A stretch of DNA of 64,000 nt from NCBI RefSeq assembly GCF_028641065.1, contig NC_073413.1:12338001-12402000 (forward strand), given 5' to 3'. This document shows, one piece after another, positions 23,215-36,247 of this stretch. The notes below the pieces were generated by a model. It was not told the origin of the DNA. It worked only from the letters and a program-made list of their open reading frames with translations, and searched no databases. Origin of the DNA: Leucoraja erinacea (Eukaryota). Position numbers and translations under genes: made by a program. Positions within the stretch are counted from its first letter, which is position 1, and the number at the start of each line of letters is the position of its first letter.

Positions 23215-24795
23215 ATAACTTCTCCCCAGAGATGCTGCCTGACCTGCTAAGTTACTCCAGCATTTTTGTGTCTATCTTCGGTGTAAACCAGCATCTGCAG
23301 TTCCTACCTACACACAGCATCTCTGGAGAACATGCATAGGTGACGTTTCAAGTCACCGTTGCAGAGTGTGCCAACCCAATCTATCCACGTTCTCCAGACG
23401 ATATTTTGGTTTGGGACTATAGACGAAGGTTTCCTGACACGAAAAACATTGTCTGCTCATCTCCCACCACAGATGCTGCCTGACCCACTGAGTTCCTCCA
23501 ACACTTTGTGCTTTTATTTTGTTCTATATTCCTGCATCCTTGCATCTGCAATCCCATCCCTTTGTTATGAATCATGGCCTCCTTCTCGCCCCACACACTT
23601 TGCCTGACCTATCAGTCTTAATTATTTTATCATTATCTTCTCAACTGTGTTAAAGCATACAAACTTTGCCAGCACTATCTATATCCAGTGTATGAATGTA
23701 TTTAAAAACAGCCAGTTGCCAACCATTTTAACTCCCCTTCCCATTCACACACTGACCTTTCTGACCTGGGCCTTCTCCATTGTCAGAGTGAGGCCACACA
23801 CAAACCGGAGGAACAGCACCTCGTATTCCGCTTGGATAACTTACAACCCCACGATATGAATATCAAAGACAGACCCAAAAAGCTGTAGTAACGCAGCGGG
23901 ACAGGCAGCATCTCTGGAGAGAAAGAATGGGTGACATTTCGGGTCGAGACCCTTCTTCAGACTGGTTAAGGATAAGGGAGACAAGAGATATAGACAGTGA
24001 TGTGGAGAGATAACGAAAAAAGAATGAAAGATATTGTATGGTATTATCAAGTATCGAATTCTCCAATTTTAGGTAATTAATCAAAAACTATTTTCTCTCC
24101 CCCCCTCCCTTCCCTGCACATTACCTGAATGAACACCCATTTCTCCCATTATCCCAACTCCATCTCTCCCATTTCCACCTAAATCCCTTCCTCTGGCCCC
24201 AAGATTTACACCTCTTCTCTCCTTCCGACACCCTTTAGTCTCCTTTTCATATCTAGCCGTCACTTATTCCATCCACCTGCCAATCAGCCCCCCCTCACCT
24301 GTATCCACCACACACCTTACACTTCCTTATCTATGTATCTCCCTCTCCCCTGACTCCCAGTCTGAAGAGGGGTCTCGACCCGAAACATCACCCATTCCTT
24401 CTCTCCACAGATGCTGCCTGTCCCACTGAGTTACTCCAGCATCTGTGTCTACCTTGGAAAGCTTTTCTCGCTTCATAAATGTTCTTTGACCCACTGAACA
24501 TCTTTTGCTTTCTAGGCGTTTGATGGAACTTCAGATAAATAACAAATCCTGGGAAAAAATCTAACCAGGAAAACTGTGGAAGCGAAACATGTTTAGAAAC
24601 AGAGAAAATAGGTGCAGGAGTAGTAGGCCATTCGGCCCTTCGAGTGTTTGCCATCTGCTAGCAGATCCCAATAGTTAATAACCTGGCCAAGAGTCATGTG
24701 GTGGTGGTGGATGGTAAACATGAAGTGTCATAGAGCGATACAGGCCCTTCGGCCCAACTTGCCCATACTGTCCCTGGGGGGGAGAGTGAAGGCCT

Positions 24796-24898
24796 CGTTG
24801 CCACGGGCAACGCCTAGGCCCAGCCTGGCCCCGCGCATGCGCTCTCGCCGACGCCACGGACTCCCTTCCGGTGTGTCCGACCCACTTCCGGCGCGCGG
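24796..24898 (+). promoter_or_regulatory. NOSIP: NOSIP core promoter and non-coding exon 1
   Basis: RFX X-box-like palindrome GTTGCCACGGGCAAC (24797-24811), NRF1 motif GCGCATGCGC (24833-24842), two ETS/GABP CTTCCGG motifs, donor GG|GTGAGT at 24898. Confidence 0.7.
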
Positions 24899-26090
24899 GT
24901 GAGTCCCGGGTTGAAAACATCAACGGCTCCTGTCAAAGAAAAACCGGTTAAAGCGGCGGCGTCTCCCCCATTCCTCCCCCCCCCCCCCCCCATCTTCTCC
25001 CCCTCCCCCTCTCCTCTTCCTCTCCCCTCCCTCTCTCTCCCCCCCTCTCCCNNNNNNNNNNNNNNNNNNNNNNNNNNNNNNNNNNNNNNNNNNNNNNNNN
25101 NNNNNNNNNNNNNNNNNNNNNNNNNNNNNNNNNNNNNNNNNNNNNNNNNNNNNNNNNNNNNNNNNNNNNNNNNNNNNNNNNNNNNNNNNNNNNNNNNNNN
25201 NNNNNNNNNNCCCTCCCCCTCTCCCCCTCCCCTCCTCCCCCCCCCCCCCCCTCTCCCCCCCTCCCCCTCTCCCCCCCCNNNNNNNNNNNNNNNNNNNNNN
25301 NNNNNNNNNNNNNNNNNNNNNNNNNNNNNNNNNNNNNNNNNNNNNNNNNNNNNNNNNNNNNNNNNNNNNNNNNNNNNNNNNNNNNNNNNNNNNNNNNNNN
25401 NNNNNNNNNNNNNNNNNNTCTCCCTCGCCCTCTCCCTCCCTCCCCCCCCCCCCTCTCCCCCTCTCTCCTCCTCTCCCCCGTCTCTCCCTCTCCTCCTCAC
25501 TCCCCCTCTCCCCCCTCTCTCTCTCCCCCTCTCCCGTCACTCTCTCCCTGTCTCTCTCTATCACTCTCCCCCTATCTCTCTCCCTNNNNNNNNNNNNNNN
25601 NNNNNNNNNNNNNNNNNNNNNNNNNNNNNNNNNNNNNNNNNNNNNNNNNNNNNNNNNNNNNNNNNNNNNNNNNNNNNNNNNNNNNNNNNNNNNNNNNNNN
25701 NNNNNNNNNNNNNNNNNNNNNNNNNNNNNNNNNNNCCCCCGCCCCCCCTCTTNNNNNNNNNNNNNNNNNNNNNNNNNNNNNNNNNNNNNNNNNNNNNNNN
25801 NNNNNNNNNNNNNNNNNNNNNNNNNNNNNNNNNNNNNNNNNNNNNNNNNNNNNNNNNNNNNNNNNNNNNNNNNNNNNNNNNNNNNNNNNNNAGGCGATCT
25901 ATGACTGGAAATTAACCCCAGACCGGAGGGAGGGGGGAGGAGTTGTAACCGGTACCAGCAGCGGGGCGACGGGCCGAGCGGCCGCTCCCTGGTCTCCGCG
26001 TGTGGGATGGCCCTGACCCCTGGCCCGCTGCACCTTGCCTTCACTAATGCGGCTTCTCGTTGCCCCCCCCAGTAGGCGGCGAGTGGCAAC

Positions 26091-26160
26091 ATGACCCGGC
26101 ACGGGAAGAACTGCACGGCCGGGGCCGTCTACACCTACTATGAGAAGAAGAAGGACACAG
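26091..26160 (+). CDS. NOSIP: NOSIP (nitric oxide synthase-interacting protein) coding exon 1
   Basis: MTRHGKNCTAGAVYTYYEKKKDT(A), near-identical to the vertebrate NOSIP N-terminus; GTAGGT donor. Confidence 0.97.
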
Positions 26161-26818
26161 GTAGGTGGGGGAGAGGGGGAGAGAGGGAGGGAGGGAGAGG
26201 GGGAATGAGGGGGAAGGGAGGGATAGAAGGGAGAGGAGGGGAGGCTTTTACCCAGAGAGTTGTGGATCTGTGGAATTCTCTGCTACAGAAGGCAGTGGAG
26301 GCCAATTCACTGGATGTTTTCAAGAGAGAGTTAGATTTAGCTCTTAGGGCTAACGGAGTCAAGGGATTTGGGGAGAAAGCAGAAACGGGGCACTGATTTT
26401 GGATGATCAGCCATGATCATATTGAATGGTGGTGCTGGCTTGAAGGGGCGAATGACCTACTCCTGCACCTATTGTCTACGTTTCTATGGGAGGGAAGGGA
26501 AGAAGTTAGGGAGGGATTGAGGGGAGGAGACTAACTGTCTCCCCCACCTGGTTTGCCAGGTGAGGAGGGGGCTGTGGACCCCCAGCAGGACCAAAAACAA
26601 GACCTGTCAAAGGGCGGATGACCTCCTCGCGAGCCAACGGCCATCCACACTTCAGTAGAACTTGCGATCACTGTCATACACAACATTGTAAGGCACCGTG
26701 CCGATTGATGGTTTCAACGATGATGATGATGAACATGCGCGAGATATGGTGCGGTTGATGGTGCTGGCCTGCCTGCAGTGAGGCCCCAGTGACTGGATCT
26801 CCTCTCTCCCTCTCGCAG

Positions 26819-26924
26819 CTGTCTCGGGCTACGGCACCCAGTCTCTGCGGCTCAGCAAGGATGCCATCAAGGACTTTGATTGCTGCTGTTTGTCCCTGCA
26901 ACCCTGCAAAGATCCCATCATCAC
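26819..26924 (+). CDS. NOSIP: NOSIP coding exon 2
   Basis: VSGYGTQSLRLSKDAIKDFDCCCLSLQPCKDPII(T); 106 nt, AG/GT. Confidence 0.96.
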
Positions 26925-27496
26925 GTGAGTCTCCATCACTTGTCCATCCTCTGCCCTTTCTCCCTCTGCCTCTGGGCTTCACCCTCACACACCAAACACC
27001 CCCCCCCCCCTCAATAGACAATAGGTGCAGGAGTAGGCCATTCGGCCCTTCGAGTCCTCCTACCCTCATCTTGCCCCGAAGCACCCTGTTATGCCAGCCA
27101 TCGCTTTGCTACTCACAGACCAGAGCTGGATGCCAACCATCAAGTAGCCTCTGTGCCAATATTGGTCCTAAGCCTGTGCCTTGGTGATCTAGGTTAATAA
27201 TTAATCTGTGTGCAGCGTTAGAGTTATAGAGTGATACAGTGTGGAAACAGCACTTCAGTCCAACTTGCCCACACTGGCCAACATGTCCCAGTTACACTAG
27301 TCCCACTTGCCTGCGCTTGGTCAATATCCCTCCAAACCTGTCCTATCCATGTACCTGTCTAACTGTTTCTTAAACTTTGGGATAGCCCCTGCCTCATCTA
27401 CCTCCTCTGGCAGCTTGTTCCATACACCCACCACCCTCTGTGTCACATGTCGGACAGGTTTGTCACACTAATGGGTATTTTATTCCTGACCTGCAG

Positions 27497-27578
27497 ACCG
27501 GATGGTTATATATATGAAAAAGAAGCAATTCTTGAGTACATCTTGCACCAGAAAACCGAAATTGCGAAAAAAATGAAG
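27497..27578 (+). CDS. NOSIP: NOSIP coding exon 3
   Basis: PDGYIYEKEAILEYILHQKTEIAKKMK; 82 nt. Confidence 0.96.
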
Positions 27579-28584
27579 GTAGATTTCTCTCTTTAATATC
27601 TCTCTCTCTCCATCACCGGCTTCCGTGCAACGTAATCCGTTCCCAATGTTAAAATGGTGTCGCTCAAAGAGGTAGGCAGTCTGACCTGCGGTTCCTCAGC
27701 ATCCTCGGCTGTGCTTTGTTCCCCAACCCCACCCCGTTACCAATCAGCTGGAATAATAAAATGTGAGGCGACGGGGCCAGGGAGAGGAGTCACTTTTTGC
27801 ACAGGCTTATTGCATCCACTCTCTGTGGCTGGCTCATCGAGAGCTTCATCTGCAAGGTGGCTGTTAGTTCCTGAACAATACTCACCCCCTCAACCAATCT
27901 CACACAAACAGTTCATCTTTAGTCAGAGGGTGGTGAATCTGTGGGATTCATTGCCACAGACGGCTGTTGGAGGTCGTCAGTGAATATTTTTAAGGCAGAG
28001 ATAGATTTTCATGTTGTCCACGATCAATGTTGCTGCATCTCACACGCACTGCATCTCACACGCACTGCATCTCACACGCACTGCATCTCATACACACTGC
28101 ATCAGGTGGTGGCTCCTGTGATCTGAGGTGCTGAAGGAACAACAAGATCCGTCTGAAAGAGACACAAGGAACTGCAGATGCTAGAATCCTTGACAAAACA
28201 CAAAGTGCTGGAGTAAGTCAGGCAGCATCTGTGGAGGGTAATGGACAGGCTAAAGTGTGTCCACTTCAACCACGATGGACCATCTAAGCTGGTCCCATTT
28301 GCCAGCATTTGGTGCATTTCCCTCCAAACCTCTCTTACCTATGTAGCTGTCCATTTAATATATTTTAATCTTATAGAACCTGCTTCAACTCCCTCCTCTG
28401 GCAGCTCGTTACATATCATCCCATCCATCAACCTCTGTGTGGAAAACGTTGCCCCTCAAGTTCCTATTAAATCTTTTGTGTACGTTCAGTGTGTGTGTGT
28501 GCGTTCAGTTTAGTACTAGTGTGTTAGTGTTAATGGATGTCCCGCACTCTCACTCTGCCTTTATAACCCTTGTCCCTTTCCCAG

Positions 28585-28726
28585 GCTTATGAGAAGCAGA
28601 AGAACGTCAAGAAAGTGGAGCTGGCAGAGCTGGCAAAGGCAGAGAAGGAAAGCAAGGTCAAGGCGTTTCTGGAGAAGGAGATGACCATCGTGAGCAAGCC
28701 GCTGAATCCATTCTGCTCCAGAGGGG
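28585..28726 (+). CDS. NOSIP: NOSIP coding exon 4
   Basis: AYEKQKNVKKVELAELAKAEKESKVKAFLEKEMTIVSKPLNPFCSRG(G); phase 0-1. Confidence 0.93.
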
Positions 28727-29742
28727 GTGAGGTGTACTGCCTTGTACCACGCGTGTGAACACAGAGAAATAAAGGGCAAGTCCACCCCATGAAACATCAC
28801 GCACGGTGGCGCAGTGGTAAAGTTGCTGCCTGTGCGGAGTTTGCACGTTCTCCCTGTCACCTGCACGGGTTTTCTCCGGGTGCTCCGGTTTCCTGCCACA
28901 CCCCACGCACGTGCAGGTTTGTAGGTTAATTGGCCCTCTGTAAAATTGTAAATTGTCCCTAGTGTGTGGAGGGTAGGGTTAGTGTGCGGGGATCGCTGGT
29001 CGGCACGGACTCGGTGGGTCGAAGGGCCTGTTTCTGCGCTGTAACACTAAACTAAACTAAATAATTGATTGACTGAAAGATAAGGCATGGAAACAGGCCC
29101 TTTGGCCCATCAAATCCACACCCACCTTCAATCACCCGTTCGCACTTGTTCTATGTTATCCCATTTGCTCATCCACTCCCTACACACTGAGAGGCAATTT
29201 ACAGAGGGCAGATTAACCTACAAGTCTTTGGGATGTGGGAGGAAACTGGAGCATCCGGAGGAAACCCACACAGACACGGGGAGAATGTGCAAACTCCACA
29301 AAGTCAGCACCCGAGGTCAGGATTGAACCTATTGGCATGGGCCGAATGGCCTATTTCCATGGTGTATCTCTAAGCTAAACTGATCTAAACATGCTGTGCT
29401 GACATCCCTGGCCAGTTGTCCAGCTGACTGTTTATGACTTAAAAGAAAAAGACACAAAGTGCTGGAGTAACTCAGCGGGTCAGGCAGCATCTGTGGAGAA
29501 CATGGATAGGTGACGTTTCTCATGGATAGGTGACGTTTCTCAGAGTACTGGAGTAACTCAGCGGGTCAGGCAGCATCTGTGGAGAACATGGATAGGTGAC
29601 GTTTCTCAGAGTGCTGGAGTAACTCAGCGGGTCAGGCAGAACATGGATAGGTGAGGCTTTGGGTCGGGACCCTTCTTCACGCTGTTTATGATGCTCTGTT
29701 CACCTTCCTCTGATGCAACTAAACTTGCCCTCTCGTCCCCAG

Positions 29743-29861
29743 GTGAAAGCCAGGCTGGACCCTCGAGTCGAGCGAGCCAGCAGGAACACGACAAGCAGTT
29801 GCCCAGCTTCTGGATCCCGTCACTCACCCCAGAGGCTAAAGCATCCACCCTCAGCAAACCG
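29743..29861 (+). CDS. NOSIP: NOSIP coding exon 5
   Basis: ESQAGPSSRASQQEHDKQLPSFWIPSLTPEAKASTLSKP; conserved LPSFWIPSLTPEAK. Confidence 0.95.
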
Positions 29862-30413
29862 GTCAGCTTCCTCCTCAAACCTCTTGCTACCCATTGATCA
29901 CCATTGTTCTTAAATCATAAGGTCGTATGGAATAGGAGCAGAATCAGGCCATTCGGCCCATCAAGTCTACTCCGCCATTCGATCATGGCTGATCTATCTC
30001 TCTCTCCTAACCCCATTCTCCTGCCTTCTCCATAACCTCTGACACCTGTACTGATGAAGAATTGATCCATTGTGCGTAACCTTGTTCTCCCTCACTGGCT
30101 GAGAAGCTTATACAGGAGCCACATATAAATAGCTGTGTTTGCAAGCTGCAAGATCCAGACAGAGAGTGAGGGTCAGTGGGAGTGTGGCCATGGTGGTATG
30201 CGTCATTGGGTGGTTAGGGTGGTGTGTGGAGTGGGTCAATGTGGTGGGTCAGTGGGTGTGGGTGGCCAGGGTGGTATGCGTCATTGGGTGGTCAGTGTGG
30301 GTCGGTGCAGCATGGGTCAGTGCGGTGTTGGGTCAGTGTGGGTCAGGGCGGTGTATGTCAGTGGGAGTGTGGCCAGGGTGGTGTGGGTCAGTGATGCTGC
30401 TGCTTTCCTGCAG

Positions 30414-30601
30414 GACAAGACGGTTTACTGCCCCATGAGTGGGAGGCCGCTGAAGATGAAGGATCTGATCCCGGTGAAGTTTCTGCCGGTGGATGAGAAA
30501 CTGGAGCGTGTGCAGCTGATCACCAAGCAGGAGCGATACATCTGTGCCGTGACGCGTGACGCGCTGGGCAACTCCGTGCCCTGTGCCGTACTGCGGCCAT
30601 C
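30414..30601 (+). CDS. NOSIP: NOSIP coding exon 6
   Basis: DKTVYCPMSGRPLKMKDL...ERYICAVTRDALGNSVPCAVLRP(S); 188 nt. Confidence 0.96.
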
Positions 30602-30952
30602 GTAAGTACCAGTCCACTCCTCATCCCCCTCCCACTCCCTCCCACGCCCTGCACCACTACATGGTCTCCACCCTACACTTAGTGTACAGTGTGGGCTCAG
30701 TGGGCTGAAGGGCCTGTAAACTATGCATGAATGCTTTACGTGTTAGTCAATGTTAGTGAGGGCTGCCTCACTATCTACAGAGGGACAGTATTATTATCAG
30801 TGAGGCTATCATGGCCGTACACTTGGTGCTCTTGGCCAGTGGTGGAGTTGTCTCCGTTCCTTCTCTCCAGAGATGCTGCCTGTCCCGCCGAGTTACTCCA
30901 ACATTTTGTGTCCATCTGTGGTTTGTGACGTGTTTGTTCCACTGATTTGCAG

Positions 30953-31061
30953 GGGAGCTGTGGTCACCATGGAGTGCGTGGAGAAACTGATTAAACACGA
31001 CATGGTCGATCCCATCAATGGGGCCAAACTGGCAGAGAAGGACATCATCGCCATCCAGAGG
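30953..31061 (+). CDS. NOSIP: NOSIP coding exon 7
   Basis: GAVVTMECVEKLIKHDMVDPINGAKLAEKDIIAIQR; 109 nt. Confidence 0.96.
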
Positions 31062-32335
31062 GTGAGAGAACAAATACTTTGTCTTCCTCTCAGCTCTGCA
31101 CTCGCCTCTGAAAGACTCAATGTTAACGTATTTTAAGAAGGAACTGCAGATGCTGGAAAATCGAAGGCAGACAAAAATGCTGGAGAAACTCAGCGGGTGC
31201 AGCAGCATCTATGGAGCGAAGGAAATAGGCAACGTTTCGTGACGAAACCCATTCTGAGTTTCGGGCCGAACGTTGCCTATTTCCGTTGCCTATTTCCTTC
31301 GCTCCATAGATGCTGCTGCACCCGCTGAGTTTCTCCAGCATTTTTGTCTACCTTCAGTGTTAACGTCACCTGCCGCAGCGGGTAGAGCTGCTGCCTCACT
31401 GCTCCAGGGACCCAGGTTCCGTGTGTGTGTGTGTGTGTGTGTTTCCGTGTGTGTGTGTGTGTTTCCGTGTGTGTGTGTGTTTCCGTGTGTGTGTGTGTGT
31501 GTTTCCGTTTCCTCTGGGTGCTCGGGTTTTCCTCCCACATCCCAAAAGACGTGTGGGTTTGTAGGTTAACTGGCCCTCTGTAAATCGCTCTTAGTGGGAA
31601 GGGAGGGGATGAGAAAGTAGGGCAACATAGAACTGGTGTTAACAGATGATCGATGATCAGCATGGACTCAGTGGGCCTGTTTCCATGCTGTATTCTTCAA
31701 TTGATCAATCGATTAGTCAATATGCCTCGCCCCCCCCCATTCACTTTTTCCTTATCTGACACCCTTTTGTCTCTTTCACCTCTAGCCTTCGTCATTTACT
31801 CCACCCATCTGATAGTCTACACCCGCTCACTTGTATCCTCCTATCAGTCTCCATGCTTTTACACAGAGAGTGGTGAATCTGTGGAATTCTCTGCCACAGA
31901 GGGTAGTTGAAGCCAGTTCATTGGCTATATTTAAGAGGGAGTTAGATGTGGCCCTTGTGGCTAAAGGGATCAGGGGGAATGGAGAGAAGGCAGGGATGGG
32001 ATACTGAGTTGGATGATCAGCCATGATCATATTGAATGGCGGTGCAGGCTCAAAGGGCCGAATGGCCTACTCCTGCACCTATTTTCTATGTTTATTCCCC
32101 CCCACCTCCTCCCCTTCCTCTCCAGCTTTCTTTCCCCCTCCCCTTCAGTTTACCCTGACAAAGTCCACTGCAAGAGTCTGAAGAAGGGTCTTAGCGTAAA
32201 ACATCGCCCATCCTTGTTCTCCAGAGATGCTGCCTGTTACTCAAGCACTGTCCTTTGTTCAGTAAACTCCAAGTTTAACACTGTGACTGGGAGCAGCTCT
32301 AGGATGTCGTCTGACTGATGTTGTTTTGGACACAG

Positions 32336-32407
32336 GGTGGGACTGGATTTGCGGGATCTGGCGTCAAGTTGGAAGCAAAGGAGTCGCGGCCAGTGATGCA
32401 GGCGTAG
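32336..32407 (+). CDS. NOSIP: NOSIP last coding exon
   Basis: GGTGFAGSGVKLEAKESRPVMQA*; AATAAA at 32563-32568; total CDS 888 nt = 295 aa. Confidence 0.96.
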   Translation, partial: GGTGFAGSGVKLEAKESRPVMQA

Positions 32408-32945
32408 TCTGCAGGTGGAGTCAAATACCCACTGTACCAGCAGGAACCCAGCAACAGGTTAAAACAAACCCGCACTCCCTTGTTTATCGTCTACTGCCAC
32501 TGAAATGCTCCTTTAATCATTCATCCACAAGTAAATGTCTTTATTATTACTGTTTTTATTGCAATAAAGGGTTGGTACATATAACTGAGCTATTGAGGGG
32601 AATTGTTTGTGGAGGTTACAGTGCCACGTTTATGCATATCCACTGCCTGTTGTCAGAGGACTTGTCCGATTGGGATTGAGGGCAAACTTGGCTTTCCAAC
32701 ACTTGCTGGGCAAGGGAGTGCATGCAAGATTATTTTTGTTTGTGTATAAAATCATTAAACAATGGTTGCCTTCTAAAAAGGAGTTTGGTCAGAATAAAGT
32801 CCCAGAAACATTACATAGTGATTTGCAGCAATAGATTGTTTAGTCTAAGAAGGAACTGCAGATGCTGGAGAAACTCGGCAGGCAAGGCAGCATCTATGGA
32901 GAGAAGGAATGGGTGATGTTTCAGGTTGAGACCCTTCTTCAGACT

Positions 32946-32980
<35 letters not shown>

Positions 32981-34240
32981 TGGAAAAATAAAGGAAGAGG
33001 TGGAGGCAGTAGGCTTGTGGGAGAGCTAGGAAGGAGGGAGAAAGCAAGGACAATCTGCAAATTGGGGAAGTCAATGTTCATAGCGCTGGGGTGTAAACTA
33101 CCCAACCAGCAACAGATCACTACACGGTCAGAGATGACGTCTTTCTGTCAGGTGTAGGTGGACATCCAACACCTTGAGGCACAGTTATGAAGGTAGAGCA
33201 GCTCTCCTGGGTGACTAACCCTCTGTCACCATTACTAAGAATATAACACAAAGTGCTGGTCACACTTTTACGACCTTTTTTTTTTACTCGTGGACATTTT
33301 TCTTCATGCTAGAAAAACGCCCCGACCTACTTGATGCCACGAGTACTTACAACCAGCATCACGGCCCGCTACGACCATGCTGCGAGTACGAGTCACGGGC
33401 AAACTCGGCAGAGCTCGTGAATTAGGCCGTGAAGGTGGGACAGGCCCTTCACCAAGTCCAGGAAAACCATCGATCACCCCTTGATGCTAATCCTATGTTA
33501 TCCCACTTTCGCATCCACTCCCTGCACCGTAGAGGTCAATTTACAGAGAGCCGATCGACCTACAAACCCGCATGTAGGAGGAAACGGGAGCACCTGGAGA
33601 AAAACCCACGTGGTCCCAGGCAGAACATGCAAACTCCAGCACCCAGCGGTCAGGATTGAGCCGAGGCAGCAGCTCTACCCGCTGCACCACTGCCGTCCAC
33701 ATCACTGTTGTAGAGGTTGGCTCAAGAACCCGAGTCGCAGGAAAGTACCTGCTCCCTATTCCAGTCACTTACAGTAAGTCAGCGACTGACGTGCAGAGTG
33801 GGGATGTAAATACAAAACTTATTAAAAAATGAGAGACAGAACACAGCGTTATATTAAAGATTTATTGGCAAGTTGAGGTTTCTCGTCAAAGGCACAGAGC
33901 TGGGTGCTATTAACACAGTGCAAGATGCTCATGTTCAGCTCGCAACCAAAGGAATCCAGCAGTAATGAGCAAGGCCATGCAATCGTGATAAACTCCTGAC
34001 GTTCAGATCTGTTTGTCAATCCCCCTCCAGTCACAGATACTGAACCTCACCAGGTATAAATCAATAACACTGTCACAATGCACAACACAAGAACAGGCCC
34101 TTCGGCCCACAATGTCCATGCTGAACATGATGCAAAGTTCATTCAGGGACCTTCTGTACAATGTAACGGCGCCTCACCACCTCTCCCCAGACTTTCCACC
34201 CAGTCACAGCGTAAGGGGGCAGAGAATAATGACATTCTAC

Positions 34241-34273
<33 letters not shown>

Positions 34274-36142
34274 CGCGGCCAGCAGATGTCTTGCTCTCTC
34301 TCCAAGATTGAACGTTAGTGGTTAGGTAAATATAGAAAGCAGTGGGTGGTAAAGCAAGCCGCCAGCACTAGAATGACTGGAATACTCTAGACCGTCTATG
34401 GGCAAGTGCTGAAAGATGGGATTTTTATGGGTGGATGCCTACTGGTCAGCAATGATGTGGTGGGCCGAATGGCCTTTTTTTATTCCTGCTGTAAGCGAGT
34501 TGTAGACTAAATAGCCAATTCCTCTTCTCCTTGGAGCAAAGGGTTAGTGGGCAGGGTCGGGGTCAGGGAGGCTGGGAGAGGAGAGATGCAGGGTGGTGTT
34601 AGGATACAGTGTCTCATGCCAACACTTTAGTACAATGGGACTGAGGGAAAAACTCCATGTAGATGGAATTGTGGGAACAATTCAGGGCTGGGAGGAGGAG
34701 AGTTTATAGGGCAGTGGGACAAGAGTGGGTCTGATGGGATTGCACACTCAAAAGGCTGAATGGCCTTGCCTGTGCTATAACAGAGCATTGAGACTGGTAG
34801 GACTAGCTGGTGTGGAGTGAGTGGGGAACACCTGAGACTTTGACCAACAAGGGTTAGTCGTGTGCAAGCTCAGGACCTGCCAGTGTGGCTGAGGACATTG
34901 TGTACGGAGGAACTGCAGATGCCGGTTTAAAACTGAAGACAGACATAAAAAGCTGGAGTAACTCAGCGGGTCAGGCAGCATCTGTGGAGAACATGGATAG
35001 GTGACGTTTCACAGAGTGCTGGAGTAACTCAGTGGGCCAGGCAGCATCTGTGGAGAACATGGATAGGTGACGTTTCACAGAGTGCTGGAGTAACTCAGCG
35101 GGTCAGGCAGCTTCTGTGGAGAACATGGATAGGTGACGTTTCACAGAGTGCTGGAGTACCTCAGCGGGTCAGGCAGCATCTGTGGAGAACATGGATAGGT
35201 GACGTTTCACAGAGTGCTGGAATAACTCAGCGGGTGAGGCAGCGTCTGTGGAGAACATGGATGGGGGACATTTCACAGAGTGCTGGAGTAGATCAGCGGG
35301 TCAGGCAGCTTCTGTGGAGAACATGGATAGGTGACGTTTCACAGAGTGCTGGAGTAACTCAGCGGGTCAGGCAGCATCTGTGGAGAACATGGATAGGTGA
35401 CGTTTCACAGAGTGCTGGGTAACTCAGCGGGTCAGGCAGCTTCTGTGGAGAGCAGGGCAGGAGGGGAGACGGTAAACTCTTTGAACAGGCAGTTGAGAGA
35501 GGAAATGATGACGGGTTCAAGTCGGGATGCTACATTTATTTCTCCAAGCTCATTAACACAGGCTTGAGTTGACTGTAATGGTCAAGTGGCAGGGCAGGGA
35601 GTGGTCATACTGGTCAGCTGGATCACACTGCTCCTGAATACTGAATCAGCAAGCTCTGTGTGAGAACACCATCAGTGATGGGAGAGCTTCATTATACACA
35701 TGGTTGGGGCCTATTCCTCAGCTTGCCTGTAGAGTTTTAGTTTGGATCCATCATTTCATTGGGCATCTTGCTGATCCCAGCCCAGTTTGTATTGGTTACA
35801 CCCTCATGATATTTGGTTTACACACTCCACACTCCCCCAATGCCAATACTGCGCTTTGACCCCTAAATCAGACAGAAGAATATGGAATTCTCTCCTCTTC
35901 CAGCCCTCAAGAGACTGTCCAAACATTCAACTCATGAATCTGGTTCAAAACTGCAAGGGAGGAGAGGTGAAGATTCCAGCGTAGAATACATTCTAGCACA
36001 GGGGGTCAAGGACAATGCCTTGAAAGAAACAAATTACATTTGTACACACAGCCAAATTAAGCACCCCATCCCTTATAAATCTTTTACAAAAAGCAATGGA
36101 GGATGCAGAACAGAGTGCAATCACACAGAGACCGTGTGGTGA

Positions 36143-36247
36143 CTAAAACTCATCGTGCTGGTCCATCAGCTCTCCGAAATTGGTGACACCACTTCCTACG
36201 AACCTGTTGTAGTTCTCCAGGAATTCCTCCTTTGTGAGTTTGCCATC
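36143..36247 (-). CDS. RCN3: RCN3 (reticulocalbin-3, CREC family) last exon
   Basis: [34 protein letters not shown]; minus-strand AATAAA candidates at 35535 and 33861. Confidence 0.9.
   Translation of the reverse strand, partial: DGKLTKEEFLENYNRFVGSGVTNFGELMDQHDEF

Noticed and set aside
30135-30413. In-frame Gly/Val-rich extension upstream of NOSIP exon 6
   Set aside because: GTGGGTCAGT-type low-complexity intron; the canonical acceptor at 30413 gives the conserved 188-nt exon.
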